Assembly (NCBI GenBank): GCA_038496445.1 | Contig: JALMLS010000340.1 | Span: 69,190 to 133,189 of the forward strand | Direction of reading: 5' to 3' | DNA length: 64,000 nucleotides | DNA from: Trichosphaerium sp. ATCC 40318 | Lineage: Eukaryota; Protista; Tubulinea | Shown: in pieces, positions 52,628 to 64,000 of the stretch | Layout of the letters: every line of letters begins with the position of its first letter | Numbering within the stretch: the first letter of the stretch is position 1 | Notes under the pieces: model-generated | What the model was told of the DNA's origin: nothing | Seen by the model: only the letters and a program-made list of their open reading frames with translations | Databases searched by the model: none | Program-made: the position numbers and the translations under genes

Positions 52628-53111
52628 CGTATTATGTATATGTTTGGTATAGTTCCAGTACTCTCCTTAGAGCAATCTTTCAATCTCTTCCTCTTCAGTG
52701 TACAACTGATATTAAGTCTTGTCTACCGCTTACTCCAGGCAATTGATGAGGGTTTAATGTCATTTGATGACTTAATGAAGAGAGCGTCAGGTGTGCTTCT
52801 AAGCCAGCTGATAGTCTTCTTAGAATCTTTGGAGACTGCAGCGCCCGCGACTCACAAGAAAAACCCCAATATATACGCAAAAAGGAAGGCTCTTAGAAAG
52901 AGACTACGCTTGGAAGGCAAGCTAGCTCCGCCAAAGAAACCGTCCTTGTACCAAGTCAGACGTCGTAGCAAGCACCACACGCTGCGCCGCCAGATCTGGT
53001 ATCGTTCATTGTGGATGATTGAGTGATCATTCGATTAGTGTAGCGTACTAGTCCGAGTGGAAGAAACGGTAAAACCGCGTCTTTTTGCCATTTTTTGCAA
53101 TCACCACAATC
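52628..53111 (+). repeat. Dispersed repeat; inverted paralogue of 7078-7510 plus 5217-5268
   Basis: Direct nucleotide match by eye, e.g. AAACCGCGTCTTTTTGCCATTTTTT(G/A)CAATCACCACAATC. Confidence 0.9.
52634..53026 (+). CDS. Orphan 130-aa protein (hydrophobic N-half, basic C-half), intronless
   Basis: Intact ORF. Compared with its paralogue at 7110-7504, changes in the FLESLETAAPA..KKNPNIYAKRK..PSLY segment are mostly synonymous. Confidence 0.65.
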   Translation: MYMFGIVPVLSLEQSFNLFLFSVQLILSLVYRLLQAIDEGLMSFDDLMKRASGVLLSQLIVFLESLETAAPATHKKNPNIYAKRKALRKRLRLEGKLAPPKKPSLYQVRRRSKHHTLRRQIWYRSLWMIE

Positions 53112-53348
53112 GATCAAGCATACAGCGTCATATCAACCAGTTAGGCCTTTGCATTGTGACTGTTTTTAGTTTTTGAAACCGAGTATGTCTCGATATCACG
53201 TGTTGACCCATACGAGATGAAGAGCAAGATTATGTATCTCAAGTTATTGATGGAGTTATGTGCGGGCGTGGTTCTGCAGGATTGTAAAAACGCCAACAGG
53301 TAAGTCACAACAAGTCATTTTAACGTGAAGTAACGACTAACGCTCAAC

Positions 53349-54131
53349 ATGCTCTCTATGATGCCCTTCGATGTTCAATATGAGATTGTCAAAGCTTTAG
53401 ACGTAGAAATGAACCTGGCAATTCAAGTTACATGTAAAGCGCTTAAAAAAGCTTCAATGCGTGTCTTAGAAACTCTAAACGAGATTATCGTCAGTCACAG
53501 TTCATTGATACTTCTTAAGCAATGTAAACATGTAGAACGCGTGTACATAGCTCCTGAACCTGAACCAATAGATTTTAAAGTACTTTGCACTTATCTGTGG
53601 AAAACAAGCGTGACATCTCTTGATATATCATACTGCGACTTCTACGAGCCCATACAACTAGATCTACTGCAATCCCTCAAATCTTTACAATTACTAACGG
53701 CACTTTGTGTACCAATCGATCCTACAGACTTGTCACGATTGTACAACGAGTATGGGACATCTGAACAGTTTAGATTTAAGGTAATCAGGCTATTGGATAT
53801 TCTCGTTGGGACATGGAAGTGTACATATGACACATTTGGTCCTGAGAGTATGGCTGGTGAAGTTCACAAGTATTACGAAGATGGACACAGTATATACCCT
53901 AACACAAACGGTTATGTGACGACATTCGTTGAACGGCCTCAACTGGGACCTAGATGCTATTTGTTGGAAGTCAAAGCAGCTAATAGAGCGGGTATTGCTT
54001 TGATAAAAGCAGAAGATGACTATATAACCGTTGTGAACGGTTACGAACACGTGCTTAGAAGCTTAACAATATTTCCAGACCGATCATCACATCTTGCTTC
54101 CTTGTCTTTTTGGAGAAAATCAGAACAATAA
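53349..54131 (+). CDS. Intronless F-box-like/LRR protein
   Basis: 260-aa ORF; LSMMPFDVQYEIVKALD..IQVTCKALK; VTSLDISYC. Confidence 0.75.
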   Translation: MLSMMPFDVQYEIVKALDVEMNLAIQVTCKALKKASMRVLETLNEIIVSHSSLILLKQCKHVERVYIAPEPEPIDFKVLCTYLWKTSVTSLDISYCDFYEPIQLDLLQSLKSLQLLTALCVPIDPTDLSRLYNEYGTSEQFRFKVIRLLDILVGTWKCTYDTFGPESMAGEVHKYYEDGHSIYPNTNGYVTTFVERPQLGPRCYLLEVKAANRAGIALIKAEDDYITVVNGYEHVLRSLTIFPDRSSHLASLSFWRKSEQ

Positions 54132-54645
54132 CATCACGTGTACATCATTTTCTTGTTGAGAATACTACAGTAAGTGCGGAAAGCCACGTGCCAATAGATA
54201 ATACGGGGTAGTACAATGTATTTTATTGTGAAAACAGTGATTATTGCAATAAACCTCATATTAGATTGTGACATGCTGTCTTACATACGTGATTTCGATA
54301 GACGAGTTAATGCATCCACCAATGACAACAAATGTAGAAGGCAAGGGCTTGTAACGGAGAAGTATGTTGAGTGAAGCACTAAAACAACATTGCGTTATTG
54401 CACGTCAATTCTGACATTGGAGCCCTTTTGTACAAATAATGATAGCTCCTACGCTGGTAACATACAGCACTTTACTATAATAAGTTTTTCTCTGCAACTT
54501 ATTTTTGTATTCTACATCGTGCGCCGTGTGAGGTTATTTTATTCGCTATTAGAAGAAAGGGAGAAGTTGGTTTAATATGGTTTTATTAAGACCGATGGGT
54601 AATAAATTATACAGTATCCGTAATGATAAAAAAAAATGTGAACGT

Positions 54646-55267
54646 TTAGTTGTCATCAGTCATCATTAAAGGTTGTGTCAATTCAGGTAGGTTTGAAGCC
54701 CGGGCAGCTTTGAGTCCACCGTTGCGTGCCTTGATCTCACGAGCCTCTTGGCAGATGCTCATTTGCCAGCAAACAAGAGCTGAAACAAGATCACCAACAA
54801 AACTTCCGCCAATACCGTATTTTTCGCGAACAGATCCTCTCCAGCATACACGAACGCAAGGAATGCAGTAGCAAAGGACAAAAGAGATAAGACGGGACAT
54901 ATCGTCTTGTACCATACCAGTTCCTAGTTTTACATCGTTAGCGTTGTTTAATGATAACACCGTTGATTTACGCACCTAGGGGACCATTCCCCTCACCATG
55001 TTCCGGTTTTTCGATTTTCATTTTGTTTTCAACTGCCAAGCATTGTGGGGCTAGAGCACCGTATAGGCTAGAAAAAACGATATAAGCGACGGAAAATGCA
55101 AATAAACAAACAGAGAACTTCGTCGTTTTGAGAAAGCGCACAGAACTCACACTCTCGTGCAACAAACCATACGAGTGTTTAAAACAACTAAATGAGACTC
55201 TTTGGGGTACGTACAAGACTTCCAAATCAGCGAAAACGTGAAATAGACCTGTTGACCAAGTTGCCAT
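54646..55267 (-). CDS. PLAC8/cornifelin-family Cys-rich protein
   Basis: MATWSTGLFHVFADLE...RGSVREKYGIGGSFVGDLVSALVCWQMSICQEARE. Confidence 0.85.
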
Positions 55268-55539
55268 GATGGTACTAAGCAAATTATAAGTTTGTGAATC
55301 AAAACTGGAAGCATAAAAGCTTGTTTTAGGGTTTGTGAAAGAAACTAACTCATCAAACGACGAGTGGTGATTAACGTACTTTTTTGTGAAGAGGAGTTGC
55401 TGTGATTGCAGAATAAAAATGCAAAAGACAAATCTAGTAAATTCAAGCACACTTCACGTAATCAGCGTGGTAGTTGAATGTTAAGTTAAGTGCCGCCGAT
55501 AATGCAGAGTAGAGATGCAAGTTTCACTCGCGTTTGATA

Positions 55540-56775
55540 GAATAGAGCGATGTCCAACTCTTGAAGTGTCTAATTCAGTGTTTATTGGTACCAACTTCGT
55601 TTCCATTAATTTTTTAGACGTTTTTCGTAACACGAGCGTCAGGTTCTGGATCTGGCGATGCGTTTAGAGTTTGTAAATCGGTATACGCTACAACACTACT
55701 AAATCCGTCTGATGCGCGTAAAACATCACTCATTGGCGACTGGGAATGGAAACAGTGGGTAATGGAGAAAATTAACCAAGCGTACAACTTGGAGTCCAAA
55801 ATACCTCAAAACGATAGAATTGCGAATATAAAGAAGCCACCAAGAGATATGGACGATTTGGAGTGGTCTTTGGATCTAGTGGTGTCAACAGCCTTAGATG
55901 ATCGCGAATTCCACCACATACTATGTCAAGGTGCCAATTAGACACTTATTGAAAAAAAAAATAGTCATGCACTGTTCATGAAGTTGGTTGCCTTTTTTTG
56001 ACGTCAAACTAGGATGGTTATTCGAAGACGATGTTTCAGATGGCACAGAACGCCTTGGCATTTCACGTTATCCTCTTATTGGCACGTGAGTGATATTACA
56101 AGTTCAATTTTCTTATTAATGTTTAGGTTTATATAATGCGACCAATTGCAAGTTAGGCGATTTAGCAGATCCCGGCACTGTGCGATACTCTTTTGGTAGT
56201 TGGTAGGGCCTGACGTGGGTAATTAAATTAGCGCTGATGTGATTGCTGCGACGGTTGTTATTCCACAAACTCTTAAAGTTCCTCAAGTCAGAACAATCAT
56301 ATCAGCGTTTATTCTGTTACCAACTACAAGCCTATCATTGTTGTTTGTTTATTAATACGGTATAGATAGGCTTTGATTCTCTAAGACCAGCAGATAAACA
56401 CGTGCATCTTGTAGAACCAATTGTTGCTGAAATTGATGGTAAGGCAAACTTCATTCTTTTCTTTGCGGTTTCTTTTGTGTCGCTGACTCTTCAAAAATAT
56501 TAGGATTTGTTATACCTCCAGATTGGCATTTTGGATCTAATATGGGTAGATTTATTGTTTCTAAAAAAGTGGAGTATGCAAAAGGTTGGGTAGTTATCGT
56601 AGACTTGGAGAAAATGCGATGTAAAGTGACATACATGATTATTTCCAGAAAAAAAGCAGATATTAAACTTCGCAAAGGTAAAACAAACATAAATGAGTTA
56701 CTACTTGTGGTGGAAGCGTATAGTGATAAGAGCTCGGCTCAAAGTATTGCTGAGACCATAAAACATATCGCTTAA
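55540..56775 (+). CDS. Hypothetical multi-exon protein; 5' end uncertain
   Basis: Open exons with canonical introns, ending ...AQSIAETIKHIA* followed by AATAAA. Confidence 0.45.
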
Positions 56776-57781
56776 TAATAAATAACTTGAGTGTCTTCTA
56801 ACTATAAAAATATGCATCATAATTCCTTCCTTTGATGGCGAAGGCAGTAATTCTAGAGCAATGTTAGCTCAGTTTTGTTCACACGCGAAGCAAACACCAT
56901 AATCTGGGCAGTAAAAGCAAAAGAGGTGATAGCGTGGCGTGCCCCAAAGTGTTTTTTTGCGCTATACTGCTTGCATTTGCAATGCAGATATGAGCGCTCT
57001 AAATACGAAGGAACTCCCTGGAGAAATCCTCCATCCCATTGGAACGAAGAAAGTTGTCTTCACACATTTTCAGCCTTCAGTTCAACGAAGTAATGCGGCT
57101 GAACAGAAACCCCATGAATGATTTCACACGAAGTATTTGCGGGATTTCAAGTATGATGACGTGGGACACGTTCACTGTGCATCTCTACTAATAAAACAAT
57201 AGTATGATGAATAAATACAACTCCAGCTAGGCTAACCAAAAAAACGTGGTTGAATATGAAGCGAATTTTCTAAACAGCAAAAAGTAAGAATCTGAATTTG
57301 AGATGCTGTTTTTACCACTTCCCGAGCTTTAACAAGGGGTACTAGATGTTTAGTACTTTTACCAAATACCACACTAGGGTGCTCATTTTTTCTCGGACAA
57401 AGGTAACTGGTTGTACAGATATTTTTTAATGTAACTTGTTGATGTGCTGTTAAGGTTCGTTGCCATGACTTTGTATTTTATTGCAACCTCAAAGGGAGGT
57501 CCCTTTTATTTCAACAATTATAAAACACGAAAGTACGAAAGCTGCTAGCTATTACCCCAAAAGTACGGTGGAGTGTATTGTCATATTCTGTGATTCTTGA
57601 TTAATAATGATACGTTGTTAAAAAGCATTAAATGAAATTCTCTTACATTCTTTGAAGGTTCATTATTAGTTTTGTACAAGCACAACAGCAGTTGTATCAA
57701 GTGCCAGTGAAGCTTTTATATTTATCAAAATCCTCTCAAACGAAATAAAGAAACTTCAAGTTATTAATAGTTAAACAAAGT

Positions 57782-58552
57782 ATGAGTGACATAATAAGTA
57801 CATTAGTCTCAGATGTGTTTTGTATGATTTGTACAAAATGTGACTTCAATGATGTCAAGTATTTGCTCATGACTACAAAACAACTTTACACCAAGCACAA
57901 AAACAACAGTGCTTTCTGGCAACAATTGTTATCCTTGAAGTCTCCTACATGGCGTTTGAGATCTATTATCCAGCTCATAGAAGACAAAACCGCTCTAAGG
58001 AGTTTGTCACTTCTTCGCTGTATTAACGGAATCTACACAAGTGATTTTGGATATCTCTGGCTTGTGAACTTTTTTGTTCAACCTCAACAACACCTATTCC
58101 CAAGAGAAGGAGTGTGGAAGCGTGGAAGAAATAAGGGTAAAATACACGAGTTTTTTGAGAGTATTTATGTCTGCATCAGATGGAGAGGACCGCAATACCC
58201 ATCACCACATATTTGGGAATATCTGATCGATCAAAGACTTGTTTCTCAGAAAGATATTGATGGTTCTTGCTCAATGTTCGCTACTTTGAGGATTGAAAGT
58301 GGTTCTAGCTATTACGGTACAACAGTAGAGATAGGAACATTTACTGTTGATGAAACAAAAGGCGCTGTTTGTTTGAATCGCTTGGTTTTAGATGAGACAG
58401 CAAGCTGTCTTCAAAAGAAAACTGACCGTATCTTTGTTTCTAAAAATACAAGATGCCTCAATTACAAAATAAGCGATGGAGTGGTAGAGGTAGGGAAATA
58501 TTCTAAACATTCTGGTCACAAATTGTATTCTTCAAATTGCTCCTATGGATGA
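57782..58552 (+). CDS. Intronless protein with divergent N-terminal F-box-like motif
   Basis: 256-aa ORF; ISTLVSDVFCMICTKCDFNDVKYLLMTTKQLY...FWQQL. Confidence 0.7.
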   Translation: MSDIISTLVSDVFCMICTKCDFNDVKYLLMTTKQLYTKHKNNSAFWQQLLSLKSPTWRLRSIIQLIEDKTALRSLSLLRCINGIYTSDFGYLWLVNFFVQPQQHLFPREGVWKRGRNKGKIHEFFESIYVCIRWRGPQYPSPHIWEYLIDQRLVSQKDIDGSCSMFATLRIESGSSYYGTTVEIGTFTVDETKGAVCLNRLVLDETASCLQKKTDRIFVSKNTRCLNYKISDGVVEVGKYSKHSGHKLYSSNCSYG

Positions 58553-58937
58553 GTTTCAGGTTCTATGCAACGCGTTGTTGATTCACATTAAAGATTGAAT
58601 TGCCTCTAATGAACATTAATGATAGATAAGGAAGCTATGTACAATGAATAACGCACAATCTAACTCTACCGTTTTTTTATTCTGAAAGTACATTCCTGCA
58701 AAATTTACTAACAAACTAGTTGAGAAGAAGTCACGCATTTTGAAATAATGTTACTCTTATTTTTAAACTTCAGAAGGTACTTCATTTATATAACCAACCA
58801 GTACTTCATGACGATGTTAACAATTAAGAACACTCAAACTTGTTTTCATGGTGTAATATTTACAAGGTTTATTATACAGTATCAGATTTATGGACATGTC
58901 ATTGTTGTGTTGCGAAAAGTTTGAGATTGTTGTTTTT

Positions 58938-59620
58938 TTATCTTGGTCGAAAAATGGCGAGTGTTGCAATCACTGCAGCCGTTACACCAACTCCAGTAAG
59001 TCCTAGGCACCAATTCCTTTTAATGTGTAAGTAATATTGATAGAAAGTATTAAGAAAGTTGGTACCGTTTGCGTTTTGCTCGCTGACTTTTGTCAGCTTT
59101 TTGAATTTCTTTCAAAGCAATCTTGGTATTTTCTCCTACATCATCAATATGTGTTTCAATGTTATCTAATTTACATAATGAGACATGCTCGGCAAAGATA
59201 TGAAGAGTACGCACCAATGAGATAACCATCAGCCTCAACCATTTCTGCAAGATCCCTCATGACTTCATTGATGTCAGCCATGTCCCTTTAAGTAGTCAAT
59301 AAACGATCAGAAAAACCTTATTTTTTGGGGTACCTTGTGATGCGTGTAACGTCTTTATCTCTTGTATCAATAATATCAGACATGTAGGATGCGTCATCCC
59401 ATGATTTAACCTCTAAAAACCCTTCTGGTAGATTTCGTTGAGAAACAGCTTGTTTTCGTTTCTTTAGAGTTTGTACTTGCCTCCCTTCCCTTTTCAACGC
59501 GTAAGCCGGCTAATAAACGGCAAAAAAGAGTAGTAGGCAAAAGCCAGGAACGTACCATGGATTGTAAAGGTTGCTGGTATTTTCTTCGTATTGTCTTCCC
59601 CAAGTTCTTGTAGATGCCAT
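58938..59620 (-). CDS. Short syntaxin-like t-SNARE
   Basis: IIDTRDKDVTRITRDMADINEVMRDLAEMVEAD...LDNIETHIDDVGENTKIALKEIQKA plus C-terminal TM (CLGLTGVGVTAAVIATLAIF). Confidence 0.8.
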
Positions 59621-59901
59621 GTTGTTACGTTATGGGGTTTTGTTTGAAGTATAATTTCTCGCCATTTTATTTGAAATTCATCAAAGAAAATCCGGTTCCC
59701 ACCTAAGTGAAGCACAACCACCTAAGTAGAGGCTCTCCACCTTGTAAAAAAAATACAACCTAATTTATGTGCGCCCGAAAAATGGGGTTCGGGCGTTGGA
59801 AAGCGGCGTATTACTGGATGCTTTCGGGAAGTTTTGTTGACTCAGCACACGGAAAAACTCGAATTGACCAAAAAGCGTATTAGAGCGTGAACATGGATAG
59901 C

Positions 59902-61543
<1,642 letters not shown>

Positions 61544-61638
61544 ACAAAAAAAACCGTAAGGAACATTCTTATTATTATTATTCCACGTGATAGCTTTTTT
61601 TTTGACGTGGATTTATTGTACAAACATTAAAAAAATTG

Positions 61639-63033
61639 TTACTGGTGTTTTAAACCTTCTTGTCTGTTGAGGAAAATCCAAGCACCTGATGCTCCCTTTT
61701 CTTGATTCTCTGATTTGTTAACTACTGGAAACACCTTCAACTGGTTTTTTCTTTTTGATGGTGAAACATACAGAAAAAAAACTTTATCAATCCAAAAGCC
61801 AGTCTTGCTGATTGTGTTATGTTTTGGTTTGTGAAAGAAATCCAACCTGTTCTTTGTGTACAAATGACATGTTTTTTTTTCTTTTTATTTACAAGGAGTA
61901 TCGATGTCACTCCATAGAGTCATAAACAAGCCAATCCATGTGATGTAACTGAATAATCTTGGTTGTCTAAGCAAACCAATAATCACACGAAAGTTTAAGT
62001 CCTGCATCAAGAAGCTATCAATGTATTGAGCATATACAACGACCTCTCCAAATGCTACAAGATTCCAAAACATTTTCACAATGAGATATGTCAAACCTAA
62101 AACAAACGAATAAGTCCTTTTTTTTTTTTGACAAAAAAGAAGTTCTGTTGGTTGTCTTCTGGTGCTCTGGTAACTTACCTCTTTCATATATGAGGAGCCA
62201 ATTATTAGCATATATCCATAAAGGCAGAAGAGGGAGAAGAATATTCGATCCAAGCATATTCCTTACATCTCGAATGAAGTTCATGTACAAAATTGAACAA
62301 ATGGCTTAACAAACAGTCAGCGAGGAACAAATATTTTTCTAAAATCTAATCTGGTGTACCAACGCAGCACGAGTAACTGAGGTGCATAAAATGACTAGAG
62401 AATATAAAAACAGGTAGTAGGTTTAAAGCTACCAAGGCAACAAAAGCGACCGTGTAAGGTAAGTGTAACCAACGTGCTAAAAAATTAATTTAGTAGGTCA
62501 TCAACAACTTTTAGAGGTACCAATTTGATTGACCATTCGACGTCTTTCAGCCATTGCAAGACATACTAAAATGCAATTTAGAAATAACATATGCTATGGT
62601 CATTCTTACTCATTAACATTGGTAGCAACGCACTGGCATACTTGGCAAACCGTGCAAGCGATAAATAATCGCAAGCCTTGTTCAGAGTTAAAAAAAAAAA
62701 GGCGTTGTATGGTACCCAACAAGGTAAATCACGCACGTGAAAATAAATAGCTGGACAACAATATACAAAAGCCAATGCGACAGCATAAGAGTAAGGTACG
62801 AGACCTAAAGGTAACAGATTAGGACAAGTCCAAAATGAAACAAAAATTGTTTCCTTACCAAGAAAGAAATGAACTTGCTTTAGCTTCCTTATCACTTTGA
62901 TATGTCTGGGAAAAAACGCGCTACCAATATAAACTATTTCTACTATATCGCCCGGATATAGAGGTGGGTGCATCTTAGGTAGTGCGGAAGTAAGGAAAAA
63001 CAATGTAGCTGAACCAGACAAGGCACGAATCAT
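61639..63033 (-). CDS. Hypothetical multi-pass membrane protein; 3' end approximate
   Basis: Series of hydrophobic exons with GT-AG introns. Confidence 0.45.
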
Positions 63034-63189
63034 TGTAGATGAGTTTTTTATACTTTCAACTACAACACCTCTACAATAAAAATTATTTCAATCAATCGTC
63101 ACGTGATAAGAAACGTGATAAGAAGAGACAAAGAAGATTCGTTCAATTCTTATTTTAATAGTCAAATAGGAAGCTGGCAGAAGAAGAGT

Positions 63190-63817
63190 TACCTTACTTT
63201 CCATCCTCTATTGGAATAGATAGAAGAGACAGAGGACATTTTAGATAGTTTGATATCAACCATTTTATTCCCTTTCATTATAATTTCGTCTTGAACACGC
63301 CATTTATATTTATATGTAGCCTACACAATAACTTAGTTCCTCAAGTCATCTAAAAACACAGTTTTTTTTGGTTTTTGACACTTCAGAAATTTTTTCGGTG
63401 GTTGTAAGCGCAAACGCGTTGAATCGGTAAGTAGAGGTAAATCAAATGATTTCTAGGTGTTTGAGGATAAATAAAAAAAAAAACCCGTACGTCATACTCC
63501 AGCCATTTGTCAGCCATTAAAGTGTTGAAAAAGTGTATATCTGTAGTAGAAACAGGGCTTTCTTTTTCAGTACGTAAACGGGCGTACACCTGTTTCCATA
63601 TAACGTTTGTTTCGCTCACTGTGTACCTAGGATGATTTTAGGTTCGCGTTAAACGGGTTTTTTTTGAAATTATATTATTCTGAGCTTACCAGTAACTACT
63701 CACGCGAGCAACGTTGCATATATCTTTAGGGTCTAATAGAGACACGATAGACGCATGTACCTCCTGATTGACGGAATAAGGGATTTTCCGCTTGAAAACA
63801 CGTCGTACCGTTGGCAT
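63190..63817 (-). CDS. F-box protein; 3' end approximate
   Basis: QEVHASIVSLLDPKDICNVARVSSYWYTVSETNVIWKQVY. Confidence 0.75.
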
Positions 63818-64000
63818 ACTGTGTATTAGCGCGTTGCATGGTGGTTTTGAAATAATGACACGTTCTTTACGCCAAAACCATGGTCGTCTTGTATTGTTCG
63901 GGTCACGTATAATAAACTCAAATATAAAGCTAATGCGGTCGTTTTAGTAAAATAATTAAAATGCTACATACGCCACCACAAGAAATAGCCACCAAAGCAG

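Noticed and set aside
56990-57520. Possible small gene or F-box relic (MSALNTKELPGEILHPIG...)
   Set aside because: Could not assemble a consistent spliced ORF.

Overview
Compact, AT-rich eukaryotic nuclear DNA, not prokaryotic. It is densely packed with genes split by very short spliceosomal introns (mostly about 35-90 nt) and uses the standard code, which I checked by splicing GALE, GST and a GPCR by hand. The gene set and one U12-type intron suggest a free-living amoeboid protist, probably Amoebozoa (inference). About 27 genes can be supported: a dcd1A/acid-ceramidase-like Ntn hydrolase, a family-2-like GPCR, GST, a PD-(D/E)XK nuclease-domain protein, a BTB protein, two ankyrin proteins, several F-box or LRR proteins, VPS13 (12.5 kb), a MYND finger, a secreted catalase-like protein, a large M6-metalloprotease-like membrane protein, a SPRY protein, a Cys-rich CaaX protein, an N-formylglutamate amidohydrolase-like protein, PLAC8, a syntaxin-like SNARE and GALE. 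The most unusual object is a 1.8-kb module at 5264-7082. It is bounded by CAGAC direct repeats, ends in a perfect T-shaped three-way hairpin, and carries a CheD/CNF1-like Cys-His deamidase candidate gene. It interrupts one copy of a duplicated orphan-gene cassette, and the uninterrupted paralogue lies at 52628-53111. Window-wide oddities include at least 48 CACGTG palindromes, frequent GC-AG introns and a high density of F-box adaptors. Exon boundaries were inferred by eye and no database searches were run.
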